A stretch of 64,000 nt of DNA from the NCBI GenBank assembly GCA_963699165.1, contig OY969413.1, positions 788,562-852,561 of the forward strand, read 5' to 3'. Positions 48,116-57,666 of the stretch are shown here, piece after piece. The DNA is from Candidatus Kaiserbacteria bacterium (lineage in GTDB: Bacteria; Patescibacteriota; Minisyncoccia; Phycocordibacterales; Phycocordibacteraceae). The stretch's first letter is position 1. Each line of letters begins with the position of its first letter. The notes under the pieces are model-generated. The model ran no database searches. It worked only from the letters and a program-made list of their open reading frames with translations, and was not told the DNA's origin. Made by a program: the position numbers and the translations under genes.

Positions 48116-49045
48116 CGTTTTCTAATCAATAGCTTGGACGCATTCTGTTAATATGGCGAGCGGCGTTTTGAGGTCGAGCCCGAAGTGGTGGCGGGTGGTG
48201 TTGTACCCGCTCAGATAGGTCGGCAGAATCGCATTGATTGCCCGTATCTCAATCGAAAGAGCATCAAGACACTCTTCACGCAGTGTGCGATTGAATCGCT
48301 CGACGTGCGCATTGTCGTTGCTCTGCCTGACTCTCGTGTGTCGATGGCGTATCGAGAGGCGTTCGGTGAAGTGCATGGAGAACTCGGGGCCATTGTCGGT
48401 CTGCACGCACTCGAACAGGAATGGTGCCGCAACCTGTGCCCGCTTCACGAAGAGGAGAGAGACGCGGCAGTTGATGCGCGGGGTCGCCCAGGCGTACGCC
48501 CAACGGCTGTATACATCGATTAGTGTATACACGTACAGAACCGTTTTGCCGTGGAGTGCCAGATGGATGGTGTCCACCTCCACAAGAGCGCCCGGATATG
48601 CGGCTTCCGGACGTTCCGAGTGCGGGTGGTACCGTTTCCACGGGCTCCGCTTTTTGATGAGGCCGAAACGACCGAGCGTCCGCTTCACCGACGAGAGCGA
48701 CACCGAGACACCCTCGTCTTCGAGCGCCCGGTGTACGACCTCGGCCGAGCGTTTGAGTACGAGACGCTTCTCGACAATCTTGTTCACAATCTTCGACGGC
48801 AGCTCGTTTGGATGATTCCTCGGTTTTGATGAGAGCGTCGGAATCGGATGATACCCGTATATCTTCGCCTTCTTCACCCATTTGCATACCGTACTCGACC
48901 CGACGCCGAACCGACGGCCAACCTCGGTGGGCGTATATCCTCTCCTCACCATGTCTGCAGCATCCCTTCTGACCTTGGGCATGTGAGGGTTTTGTGTGTA
49001 TGCCATGACGCGATGATATCGCGTCCAAGCTATTGAACCATTACG
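48116..49045 (-). mobile_element. IS481-family element type B (transposase 48122-49006)
   Basis: CGT...ACG ends, internal 16-bp IR TCAATAGCTTGGACGC, 6-bp duplication ATCGCC (48110-48115, 49046-49051); EVDT, QTDNGPEF, NAHVERFNRT. Confidence 0.88.
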
Positions 49046-49051
49046 ATCGCC

Positions 49052-49081
49052 TTGACACACCGACCATCCTATGTTTATAAC
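49052..49081 (+). promoter_or_regulatory. sigma70 promoter of the DGR-target-like gene
   Basis: TTGACA -18 bp- TATAAC; GAAAGGA SD before ATG 49171. Confidence 0.55.
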
Positions 49082-49170
49082 ACACCCAGAAGCACCTTGA
49101 TTCCGTTACGGACACAAAAGCTTCAACTCGGGCCATCTGGCACGAGCAACTTGAGAAAGGAAACGCCGAA

Positions 49171-49863
49171 ATGGGCACACCCTCGATCAAACGCGCCTAC
49201 AACCTCGGCCTGAAAGCCGTCCCGAACTTCGTGGCGCTTTCCGACGATGTCATAGCGTATTACGAGCAGCACCTCGATCAAATCCCGCGTGCGCTCGCAC
49301 GAGGCTTCGTCCCGGCCGAGGAAACCAAGCAAGCTGCACTCTTCTCCGTCATCACGACGACTAACCTCGCCGCGACTGCCGCAAAGAAAACAGCGAAGTG
49401 CTTCACCGCCTCTTCCCGCTACTACTACCGCGACGGCGACTTCGATCGCTGGCTCCCGGCCTCTCAGCCCAAAGCGGACGCCTGCACCATCTCGACCCTC
49501 GGGTTCGAGAAGGACTGGACGTTCGTCGAAGCCGCGGCCAAAGTTCTCGGCATCGGCGCTGGCAGCAGCACCAAGCTGATCGGCCAAGCGCTCATCGAGA
49601 ATGGCCACACCGTCACCCTCGCGCAAATCGAGGAAATGGTGGAAGCCACCGAGCGCGGCGAGAAGACCGGCATGCAGACCAACGGCTATTGGAACTTCTT
49701 CTTTGTCGAAACCGGCAACACTGACGATCCCGTCTCGGTCGCCCGCGTGATTCGCGACGACTCGAGGTGGCTCGCGAACGTCAGCAGGCTCGGCGACGAC
49801 AATCGCTGGAACGCTGACTATCGACTCCTCGTCCGCAACTTGAAGGATACTTCGAAACTCTGA
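49171..49863 (+). CDS. Probable DGR variable (target) protein
   Basis: C-terminus VSVARVIRDDSRWLANVSRLGDDNRWNADYRLLVRN resembles CPR DGR variable regions; NNC/NNT codons at variable positions; two hairpins after the stop. Confidence 0.7.
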   Translation: MGTPSIKRAYNLGLKAVPNFVALSDDVIAYYEQHLDQIPRALARGFVPAEETKQAALFSVITTTNLAATAAKKTAKCFTASSRYYYRDGDFDRWLPASQPKADACTISTLGFEKDWTFVEAAAKVLGIGAGSSTKLIGQALIENGHTVTLAQIEEMVEATERGEKTGMQTNGYWNFFFVETGNTDDPVSVARVIRDDSRWLANVSRLGDDNRWNADYRLLVRNLKDTSKL

Positions 49864-50009
49864 CCCTTCTGGTCACTGTATTCGGGCTCCTTCCGAAAAT
49901 ACCCTCGTTCGCGCTTTGCGCGGGCGAGGGTATCACTTTTTAATGCTTGGGCTGGCGCAGCACTAGACAATTGCCTCACCTGGTGTCTTGCGGTACCGTT
50001 AGGGGGTAC

Positions 50010-50235
50010 AAAAATAACAAACCGCTCGCGAAACGTGCGGTTTGTTATTTTTGGCCAACAGGAGAGGACTCGAGCGCCGGAGCAAGTTTCCGCGAGCAAG
50101 CGGAAACAGCGAGGCGGTGCCCAGCCCGAACGCGAGCGACGGCGAGCACGAGAGGCGAGGGAGAGATGCCTCTCCGCAAATGATGAAACCCTGACTTCGC
50201 CCGTAAGGCGAGAGATTTCTCTCTTGAGCACAAAT
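50010..50235 (+). repeat. Orphan tRNA-tailing repeat matching tRNA-Leu(GAG)
   Basis: CAGGAGAGGACTCGA (50059-50073) is the 15/15 reverse complement of 44646-44660; ends in degenerate tRNA end TCTCTCTTGAGCACAA. Confidence 0.65.
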
Positions 50236-50270
50236 GGTACAGTACACCCGTTACCTCTAACTTTTCCCAT

Positions 50271-50541
50271 ATGCCGCAAATTAATCTCGATACCACGCCG
50301 AAACAATTCGCCGACAATTCGGCCATCGGTTCGTCAAAAGAATTCTTCACGTTTCTTTTCATCACGGGACAAAACGGAACCGCCTTTGCGCTCAGTCCCG
50401 AGCACGCAAAAAAGATTTTCGCTTTCTTTGCAATACCAAGTTGAAAAATTCGAACGGGAAAGCAGAAAAATCGAAGCGGATTGGAATCCCGGCATGCCAA
50501 GCCCCATTCAGCCGTCGGACTTGGGCGGCGGGAAGAAATAA
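50271..50541 (+). pseudogene. Conserved small CPR-type protein (DUF3467-like) with one extra A at 50408-50413
   Basis: MPQINLDTTPKQF...LSPEHAK joins RFSLSLQYQVEKFE...SPIQ if the A6 run is A5. Confidence 0.7.
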
Positions 50542-50562
50542 ATCGCAAACCTGCGTTCGGAA

Positions 50563-51621
50563 TTATTCTCCTTTAACAACGTCAAACCGATTCGTATTGA
50601 AGTCAATCGTCCCGGCGAGCACCTTTATCTTTTTTGCGACCGCGGGGACGCGCTCGCGCAATATGCGTTCCGATTCGCGCTTGAGGAAAAGCGCTTTTTC
50701 AATGGCCACGCCTTTGTCGGCGCCGATTGAGCGGTAGGGCGCGGAAACGAGAAGCAGTACGCCGTCTTTTTCAGGAATGCGTTTTTCTTTCATATTGTTG
50801 AGCACGATATTTCCGGCAGTCGCAACCGCATCTTCCCATTGCGGGTCGTAGGGCCCGATGATGAGGGCGCGATTCGGCAAGTGAAGCCAATCGAAGCCGC
50901 GGCCGACGGCGATGATTTGTTCGCAGTGCTCGAGGTCCTGAATGGGCCGTTTCTGCGCGCGGGTGGCCCGTACGTATTGTTGATTGCCGATGACAAACGG
51001 TATGAGGTCATCAATGATGCGTTCCGGCACCTCGGGATACATATTGCGCAATTCGCTTTTCAGGTTTTCCGGGCTCGCATCGATATGGTCGGCCACATCC
51101 AAAATCTTTTTCCCTTCCGCGTGGAAAATGAGCGCGTTCTCGTCGGTCTCTATGCCGACGACAATGGGGAAGACGGTGGTGTGATTGCCGCCGAACGCGG
51201 TCTCGAATTGCTCGCGCAGCTTGGTTGCGCCCGCGCGCGCGGCAGCGGTGTCGTATTTGTGTCCCGCGCAGCCGCGATGATGGCTTCCTTTTGAAAAATG
51301 ATAGGTCGAAAGCACGATAGTGGGGCGTCCCTTTGAAACCGAATACTCGATGTCGTCGAGCATCAGGCGTCCAAAGAACGGCCAGCCGAGGTCGAATTTC
51401 CCGCCTATGTTGCGGTACGGCTTTATGATGCCGGGCGGCGTACTCGTGATGACAGAAAGGTTCAGGCGTCCGTCCATGCATTTGAGCGCGATGATTTCGC
51501 TCGGGTGCTGCGCGCGGTACATCATGCGCGCGAGCTGCGCGCCGGGCGTGCAGAATTCAGCGCTCTGCTTTTTATTGCGCTCTAGGATAAACGCGGGCAA
51601 GTCCTGTTTTTTCGAGGCCAT
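50563..51621 (-). CDS. Beta-class (CsoSCA-like) carbonic anhydrase-like protein
   Basis: LKCMDGR and YHFSKG..HRGCAGH supply Cys/His/Cys zinc ligands and the Asp-Arg dyad. Confidence 0.7.
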   Translation of the reverse strand: MASKKQDLPAFILERNKKQSAEFCTPGAQLARMMYRAQHPSEIIALKCMDGRLNLSVITSTPPGIIKPYRNIGGKFDLGWPFFGRLMLDDIEYSVSKGRPTIVLSTYHFSKGSHHRGCAGHKYDTAAARAGATKLREQFETAFGGNHTTVFPIVVGIETDENALIFHAEGKKILDVADHIDASPENLKSELRNMYPEVPERIIDDLIPFVIGNQQYVRATRAQKRPIQDLEHCEQIIAVGRGFDWLHLPNRALIIGPYDPQWEDAVATAGNIVLNNMKEKRIPEKDGVLLLVSAPYRSIGADKGVAIEKALFLKRESERILRERVPAVAKKIKVLAGTIDFNTNRFDVVKGE

Positions 51622-51690
51622 AACTCCGTCATCCTACTACAATCTTCATGGATTTGAAGTATGCTTAACCGGACACCTAATTTACTCGAC

Positions 51691-52224
51691 ATGCTCTACA
51701 CCGGCAAAGGAGACGGGGGAACCACGCAGACATTCGGCTGCGACCAGAAGCGGATTTCAAAATCATCCGAGCTTCCGGAGGCGCTCGGCGCGCTCGACGA
51801 ACTGAATGCGTTTCTTGGTTTTGTAAAAATGCGCGCGGCGCTCGAGCCGCGCATTGCGGATGCTTTGCGCGGCGCACAGGAGGAACTTTTCATCATTCAG
51901 GCGGAAGTTGCGGGCGCCGACAAGAAAACGGGGAAGGAGGCCGTAAAAAATATCGAGGACATCATCAACGGGATTGAGAAAGAAATTCCGCCGCTCAAAG
52001 GGTTTTCCATCGCGGGCGGTACGGAACTTTCGGCCTTACTCGACGTGTCCCGCACGCTCGCACGAAAAGCCGAGCGGCGGCTCATCGCGGTTACGGAAGC
52101 GGACATTCGCCAGTTATCTGACGAGACGAAAGCGTATATGAATCGTCTTTCATCGCTTCTTTTTGCGCTCGCGCGCCTCGCGAACCATCTCGCCGGCATC
52201 GCCGAAGAAAACCCGCGCTACTAG
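51691..52224 (+). CDS. PduO-type ATP:cob(I)alamin adenosyltransferase family protein
   Basis: YTGKGDGGTT, GALDELNA, RTLARKAER, YMNRLSSLLF. Confidence 0.88.
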   Translation: MLYTGKGDGGTTQTFGCDQKRISKSSELPEALGALDELNAFLGFVKMRAALEPRIADALRGAQEELFIIQAEVAGADKKTGKEAVKNIEDIINGIEKEIPPLKGFSIAGGTELSALLDVSRTLARKAERRLIAVTEADIRQLSDETKAYMNRLSSLLFALARLANHLAGIAEENPRY

Positions 52225-52285
52225 GGCGCTTCGGAAAATCGTGGTATAAAAACACCGTACCTGCTTAGAGCAGTACGTTAAGCAT

Positions 52286-52358
52286 GGCGGCCATGGTGTA
52301 ATGGTTAACACTGGAGCTTGTGGAGCTCTCGATCAGGGTTCAATTCCCTGTGGCCGCC
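52286..52358 (+). tRNA. tRNA-His(GUG)
   Basis: G-1, GCGGCCA/TGGCCGC-C73, GGAGC-TTGTGGA-GCTCT. Confidence 0.93.
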
Positions 52359-52382
52359 CAAAATAACTTACAATAAGAAAGA

Positions 52383-52820
52383 ATGTCTGATAAAAAATTC
52401 GCCGTATGTTCGAGGGCTGTCATCTTCCACGAAGGCAAGTTGCTCGTCGTAGCCCATCCGCACGATACCAGTTATTACGCATTGCCCGGCGGGCATCTTG
52501 AATGGGGCGAAGGCGCTCACGAATGTTTGAAGCGGGAAATTGTTGAGGAGCTTGGTGTAGAACCGGCAATCGGGAGATTGTTGTATGTGAATATGTATAT
52601 GGAAGGCGAGAACGTACAGGCATTTGAATTCTTTTTCGAAGTTTTAAACGGAGCAGACTATGTCGATATTTGTGGACGAGAGCGGACGCACCAACACGAA
52701 ATCAGCAGCATGCGCTGGGTTGCCAAAGGTGACCAGGTGACTATTTTGCCAAAACAGCTGGAGCTTGATTTGCAATCCGGCAATTTGTTTTCGCATACGG
52801 TGCGGTTCTTACAGCCCTAA
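52383..52820 (+). CDS. NUDIX hydrolase
   Basis: PGGHLEWGEGAHECLKREIVEELG Nudix box. Confidence 0.9.
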   Translation: MSDKKFAVCSRAVIFHEGKLLVVAHPHDTSYYALPGGHLEWGEGAHECLKREIVEELGVEPAIGRLLYVNMYMEGENVQAFEFFFEVLNGADYVDICGRERTHQHEISSMRWVAKGDQVTILPKQLELDLQSGNLFSHTVRFLQP

Positions 52821-52844
52821 AAAGGCGCGTGGTATGATTCGCTC

Positions 52845-53489
52845 ATGAAAGGCCTTTTGTGGGGTATTTTGCTCATCATTATCGTCGGATTGGGCGGGTT
52901 TTTTTACCGCAATGCGCTTGAAAATCCTACTCAACCCGTTGCATGTCCTCTTGATGCAAAACTCTGTCCGGACGGGACATCGGTCGCGCGCACCGGAAAT
53001 TCGTGCACGTTCGCGCCGTGCCCGCCGCCGAACGTGTCGCTCGACTCGGTGGGGATTTCGTTTGCGGTTCCGGACGGTTTCGACACGACTAAGATTCCCG
53101 GAGGCGCTATTGCCGCGTATGACACGCCTGCCGATGCGTCAACAACAAGTTCCGCCGGCATCGTGATTCGGCGGTACGCAATCGAGGCGTCTTCGACGGC
53201 GCTTGCGACAATGCAAAAAACGGCAATCGGAAATCCGTCGGGATTACCCGCCGGCGCCGCGCAGTTTTCTTCGACGGTGCTTGGCGACCATCGCTTCACG
53301 GTTGTTTCAATCGAGCGTTTCGAAGGCGTTGTCGACACGGCATACTATCTTGCCCGCAACGCAGACGTCTTGCGATTTGATGCCATCGACAGAAACGTTA
53401 TGAATTGGACGGACCAAAACCTCGATGTCTCGACGCTTCCCGCAAATCAAGCGCTTCAAAAAATGCTCTCGACCCTGCAAAGCGACTGA
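52845..53489 (+). CDS. Membrane-anchored protein with CxxDAKxCPDG cysteine motif
   Basis: N-terminal TM; ACPLDAKLCPDGTSVARTGNSCTFAPCP. Confidence 0.75.
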   Translation: MKGLLWGILLIIIVGLGGFFYRNALENPTQPVACPLDAKLCPDGTSVARTGNSCTFAPCPPPNVSLDSVGISFAVPDGFDTTKIPGGAIAAYDTPADASTTSSAGIVIRRYAIEASSTALATMQKTAIGNPSGLPAGAAQFSSTVLGDHRFTVVSIERFEGVVDTAYYLARNADVLRFDAIDRNVMNWTDQNLDVSTLPANQALQKMLSTLQSD

Positions 53490-53534
53490 AATGCCCGGTG
53501 GTATACTAACGGCATACCACATAATTAAATCGCC

Positions 53535-54362
53535 ATGGACACAAACAATCTCCACGAGCTGTTCCGCGTGACAAGGGGTGTGCGCACGGCCGTTGTCGGC
53601 GTGCTCGTTGTTCTCGGCATTTTCCTGCTTGTAGAAACCGCGTCCGTTTTCGGAGGTCTCGGTCGGCCGGCCGTTCCGGCGACCGATACCATCACGGTGC
53701 AGGGCGACGGGCAGGCGACGCTTCCGCCGGACGTCGCGCAGATTTCGTTTACGGTGCAAAACACGGCGGCTGCGGTTGCGGATGCGCAGGCCGCGACGAC
53801 CAAGCAGGCAAATGCCGTGCTGGCTTTCGTGAAAGGGCAAGGCATTGCGGATAAAGATGTGAAGACGCTTTCCTATAACATCACGCCGCAGTATTCGTAT
53901 TCGTATCCCGCGCCCTGCGCTCCGGGAACCGCGTGTCCGGATTACGTTGTATCGGGCGGGGGCTCGCCGAGAGTTACCGGCTACCAGGTGAGCGAGACCA
54001 TTCAAGTAACCGAGCATGACCTCACCGCGGTTGGCGCGCTCGTCGGCGGACTCGGAAAACTCGGCGTGCAAAATGTGGACGGTCCGTCGTTTACACTGGA
54101 GGACACGTCTGCCGGCTATGATGCCGCGCGTGCGGATGCGATTACGAAGGCAAAGGCGCAGGCGGATATTCTCGCGAATCAGCTTGGCGTGCATCTCGGT
54201 AAAATCGTGAATTTCAGCGAGTCCTCGGGGAATTATCCCGTGTATTCCGCAGGCGCTGTTACGGCAATGTCCGCAGCTGCCGCTCCCGCGCCGACACCAA
54301 GTGTTCCGGTCGGACAGAATACGTATAACGCGTCGGTCTCGATTACGTACGAGATTCGCTAG
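53535..54362 (+). CDS. SIMPL (DUF541) domain protein
   Basis: TITVQGDG...PDVA, AITKAKAQA..LA..LGV, VSITYEIR. Confidence 0.9.
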   Translation: MDTNNLHELFRVTRGVRTAVVGVLVVLGIFLLVETASVFGGLGRPAVPATDTITVQGDGQATLPPDVAQISFTVQNTAAAVADAQAATTKQANAVLAFVKGQGIADKDVKTLSYNITPQYSYSYPAPCAPGTACPDYVVSGGGSPRVTGYQVSETIQVTEHDLTAVGALVGGLGKLGVQNVDGPSFTLEDTSAGYDAARADAITKAKAQADILANQLGVHLGKIVNFSESSGNYPVYSAGAVTAMSAAAAPAPTPSVPVGQNTYNASVSITYEIR

Positions 54363-54380
54363 ATGTAGAGAATGGAATAA

Positions 54381-54411
54381 ACAGCCGGCGGCACTTCGTG
54401 CCGCCGGCTGT
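54381..54411 (+). terminator. Hairpin terminator after SIMPL gene
   Basis: ACAGCCGGCGGCAC-ttc-GTGCCGCCGGCTGT. Confidence 0.75.
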
Positions 54412-55490
54412 GCATAAGTTCAGATACATTTGGCAGTCCTCATAACCGAGGATATATGCGCATCAGAAGCAATTTCAGGGGTACGAAGGGCTGGTTGAGC
54501 ATGTGGGAAAGGACGATACGATTGCGGCATATGCGGAAACCAAAGGAAGTCGACAGACGGGTGAAGATATTGGGATTCTGGGACATGCACGGGACGGAGG
54601 CCGCATACGACGCCTTTGGCACCTCGGAGCGCACCTTGTATCGCTGGAAGGAGGAACTCAAAGCCCACGAGGGCCGCATTGATGCACTTGACCCGAAGAG
54701 CACTGCGCCGAAGGCGCGTCGAAGGAGGACTGTTCTGCCCGAGGTCGAGGATTTCATCATCCGCGAACGACAGGCGCATCCCCGGCTTGGGAAAGCAAAG
54801 CTTGCCGTTCTCCTGCGCGAAGAAGGGCACTCCGTGTCGGAGTCATACGTTGGGCGGGTCATTCTGGATTTGAAGAACCGCGGTCTGCTCCCGCAGCAGA
54901 GCCGGCTCTCGTTCCACGCACGTACGGGCAATCACACGGAAACACCGCAGAAACGCCGTACCAAGCTTCGCCGCACCGGCAAGCGCGGCATGGAGCTCGA
55001 TACCGTCGTCCGCTTCATCGACGGCGTGAAGCGGTACGTCCTCACGGCAGTGGACGTGGAGCGGAAGTTCGCCTTTGCGGGCGCGTATACGAACCACTCG
55101 TCGAGAAGCGCGGACGACTTCCTTCGCCGAGTCATCGAGGTTTGCCCCTTCGATATCGACGAGTTGCAGACCGACAACGGGAGCGAGTTCGCCAAACACT
55201 TCGAGGATGCCTGTGCCGAACTCGGTCTCACGCACTTTCACACCCGCCCCCGCACTCCCAAGATGAATGCCCACGTCGAACGATTCAATCGCACCGTCTC
55301 CGAGGACTTCATCATGCTGAATCGGGGCCTGCTGCGGGACGATATTCATTCCTTCAATCTGAAGCTTGTCGACTGGCTGATCTGGTACAACACCAAACGC
55401 CCGCACCAGTCGCTCGGCATGGTGTCCCCCTTGCGGTATATTGTGTGTACATTAACCGTCGGGGACTGCCAAAAGTACTGGACGCGTACA
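54411..55490 (+). mobile_element. IS481-family element type A, copy B (transposase from 54456)
   Basis: Same ends as copy A with a few SNPs; flanks GGCTG / GGATG. Confidence 0.95.
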
Positions 55491-55495
55491 GGATG

Positions 55496-55524
55496 TTGAC
55501 GTATTCCGCGCCCCGTACTATGAT
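55496..55524 (+). promoter_or_regulatory. sigma70 promoter of secE-nusG-rplK
   Basis: TTGACG -17 bp- TATGAT. Confidence 0.8.
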
Positions 55525-55574
55525 GTCGGTATCAGAAAGCCCGCAGGGCTTTTTTAATTGATAACCGCCTCTTC

Positions 55575-55760
55575 ATGACTTCACCCTTCACCTATTTGAA
55601 GCACGTTCGCGAAGAATTCGCGCACATCGTATGGCCGTCAAATCGCACGGCGATTTCGCACACGCTTGTCGTTATTTTCATTGCGGCGGTCATCGCGCTT
55701 CTCGTTGCATTCGTGGACTACGCGTTCGGTTTGGTGGTGAGTCACGTCGCAGGCGCATAA
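55575..55760 (+). CDS. secE: Preprotein translocase subunit SecE
   Basis: EEFAHIVWPS + TM, upstream of nusG. Confidence 0.92.
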   Translation: MTSPFTYLKHVREEFAHIVWPSNRTAISHTLVVIFIAAVIALLVAFVDYAFGLVVSHVAGA

Positions 55761-55770
55761 CAATCTTTCT

Positions 55771-56409
55771 ATGGACACAAACGAACAATCCGAAAATATC
55801 GAGATTCCGGAGGAAGAAGTCGGCATGGCGGACATTGCGCCTGCCGTGCGCAAAGAAGTCCGCGACGAAGTGGCTCCTCGCGAGGAGGATGCTCGCTGGT
55901 ATACGATTCACACCTACGCCGGCTATGAGAACGCGGTCGAGCGCAACCTAAAACAGCGCATCGAATCACTCGGCATGGAGGACAAGATTTTCGATGTCAT
56001 CGTGCCGACCGAAAAAAAGATTCGCGTCAAAGCGGGGAAGAGAATCGTCGAAGAAGAGAAAATTTATCCGGGATACATTCTCGTGCGCATGATTGTCGAC
56101 GATGACTCGTGGTTTGTCGTGCGCAATACGCCGCGCGTTACCGGCTTTGTCGGTTCGGGAAATACGCCGGTTCCGATGGGGGAGGCGGAAGTCGCATCGC
56201 TTATGAAGCGCATGACGGCCGAGGCGCCGAAGCACCGCATCGATCTCGTGAAAGACGACCCGATTGTCATTGCCGACGGCCCGTTTAAGGATTTGGAAGG
56301 AAAGGTCGGCGATATCGACGAGGAACGCGGCAAGGTGAAGGTCATGGTTTCGATGTTCGGGCGCGAAACGCCGGTCGAACTGGACTTTCTTCAGGTTAGA
56401 AAACTGTAG
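55771..56409 (+). CDS. nusG: Transcription termination/antitermination factor NusG
   Basis: WYTIHTYAGYE, YPGYILV, VTGFVG, MFGRETPVEL. Confidence 0.97.
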   Translation: MDTNEQSENIEIPEEEVGMADIAPAVRKEVRDEVAPREEDARWYTIHTYAGYENAVERNLKQRIESLGMEDKIFDVIVPTEKKIRVKAGKRIVEEEKIYPGYILVRMIVDDDSWFVVRNTPRVTGFVGSGNTPVPMGEAEVASLMKRMTAEAPKHRIDLVKDDPIVIADGPFKDLEGKVGDIDEERGKVKVMVSMFGRETPVELDFLQVRKL

Positions 56410-56453
56410 GAGAGAAAATTGACCCAAAGCACTTATTACTATAGATTCAAGAC

Positions 56454-56873
56454 ATGGCTACAGTCGTAAAAAAGATAAAACTTCAAATCCCGGGCGGCGC
56501 GGCGACGCCGGCGCCTCCGGTAGGCACGGCGCTCGGTCCGGCCGGCGTAAACATCGGTCAATTTGTGACCCAGTTCAACGATGCGACCAAGGACAAGCGC
56601 GGAACCATCATTCCTGTCGAGCTTTTGGTATTCGATGACCGCACCTTCACCTTCACGATGAAGAACCCGCCGGCGTCCCGCCTTATCCTTAAGGCGCTCG
56701 GCATTGATAAGGGTTCCGCAAAGGCGCGCGAGAAGAAAGTCGGTACTCTTACGAAAGCGCAGATTGCGGCAATCGTTGCGGAGAAGATTCCGGACATGAA
56801 TGCCACTGATCCTGAAGCGGCGGCCCGCACTATCGCCGGCACGGCGCGCTCGATGGGGATAGAGGTCAAATAG
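56454..56873 (+). CDS. rplK: 50S ribosomal protein L11
   Basis: [19 protein letters not shown]. Confidence 0.97.
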   Translation: MATVVKKIKLQIPGGAATPAPPVGTALGPAGVNIGQFVTQFNDATKDKRGTIIPVELLVFDDRTFTFTMKNPPASRLILKALGIDKGSAKAREKKVGTLTKAQIAAIVAEKIPDMNATDPEAAARTIAGTARSMGIEVK

Positions 56874-56894
56874 CATTTCGAATGCATAATAAAG

Positions 56895-56927
56895 AATCGG
56901 GCTCGGCGCTTCGCGCCGAGCCCGATT
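56895..56927. terminator. Bidirectional hairpin between rplK and BtpA-like gene
   Basis: AATCGGGCTCGGCG-cttcg-CGCCGAGCCCGATT. Confidence 0.75.
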
Positions 56928-56928
56928 G

Positions 56929-57633
56929 CTATTTCCGGTAAGGTTGGAGCGCCTTCGCAAACGCTTCCACCTTCATTGGGTCGAGTTCATGGAATGTTCG
57001 TCCTATGCCGGTTGCCACCAGGAAGCAGTCGGCATACGGAGCAAACTGCCCGACATTTTCCGGAGTCATGCCGGAGGCGATTGCGAGCGGGTGGCTTCCG
57101 ATTGCCGCGCGCATTGCGTGTATTTTCGTGATATCTGGTGCATCGCCCGTGCGATTGCCGGACGTTGTAATGACATCGATGTAAGGAGCGGCTAGCCGTG
57201 CTGCTTTGGCAGGGTCCGACACTGGCGTTTGATACTTGAACGCAACTCCCCCGAAGAGAAGAGAGTCCGGACAGTAGCGGTCGTGCAGGCGGGAAAGTTC
57301 TGCCAGAACATCTGTTGAACTTGTGTCAGTTATCCCAACATCATCGACCCAAAGAGCCGATGCGTTTTTTGGGACGGTGCGAATCGCCCTTGCAGACGAC
57401 AAATCGAGAAAGTTGAGTCCAATCCAATGCTGCGGTAGCCGAGAACGGATGTCGTCGTAAATTGAACGAAGCCACTGCGCATTCGCCTCATGGCCGTGCG
57501 CTATCAAGAAGACGCCGTCGGCACCATTGTTGAAAGCTGTTGCGACGTTGCGCTTTGTTTGTACCTCAGTCGCAACATGAATGACCGGAAGGAACGCTTT
57601 CCCGCTCGGGAATGCGTCAGTAAATCTGGACAT
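56929..57633 (-). CDS. BtpA/SgcQ-family TIM-barrel protein
   Basis: LPVIH, GADGVFLI, GVAFKYQ, TTSG..TG, IASGMTPENV; AAGGAGG SD. Confidence 0.75.
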   Translation of the reverse strand: MSRFTDAFPSGKAFLPVIHVATEVQTKRNVATAFNNGADGVFLIAHGHEANAQWLRSIYDDIRSRLPQHWIGLNFLDLSSARAIRTVPKNASALWVDDVGITDTSSTDVLAELSRLHDRYCPDSLLFGGVAFKYQTPVSDPAKAARLAAPYIDVITTSGNRTGDAPDITKIHAMRAAIGSHPLAIASGMTPENVGQFAPYADCFLVATGIGRTFHELDPMKVEAFAKALQPYRK

Positions 57634-57666
57634 AATCCTCCTTGTCTTTAGTGCGTGTCCGAAGGC

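Larger units (their letters stand above)
44665..50010. mobile_element. Decayed genomic island 2 at tRNA-Leu(GAG)
   Basis: Serine recombinase remnant next to the tRNA; IS stack; the tRNA-Leu-specific tail repeat lies displaced at 50010-50235. Confidence 0.65.

Noticed and set aside
49945-50010. tRNA in front of the orphan tail repeat
   Set aside because: Does not fold into a cloverleaf and has no T-loop consensus
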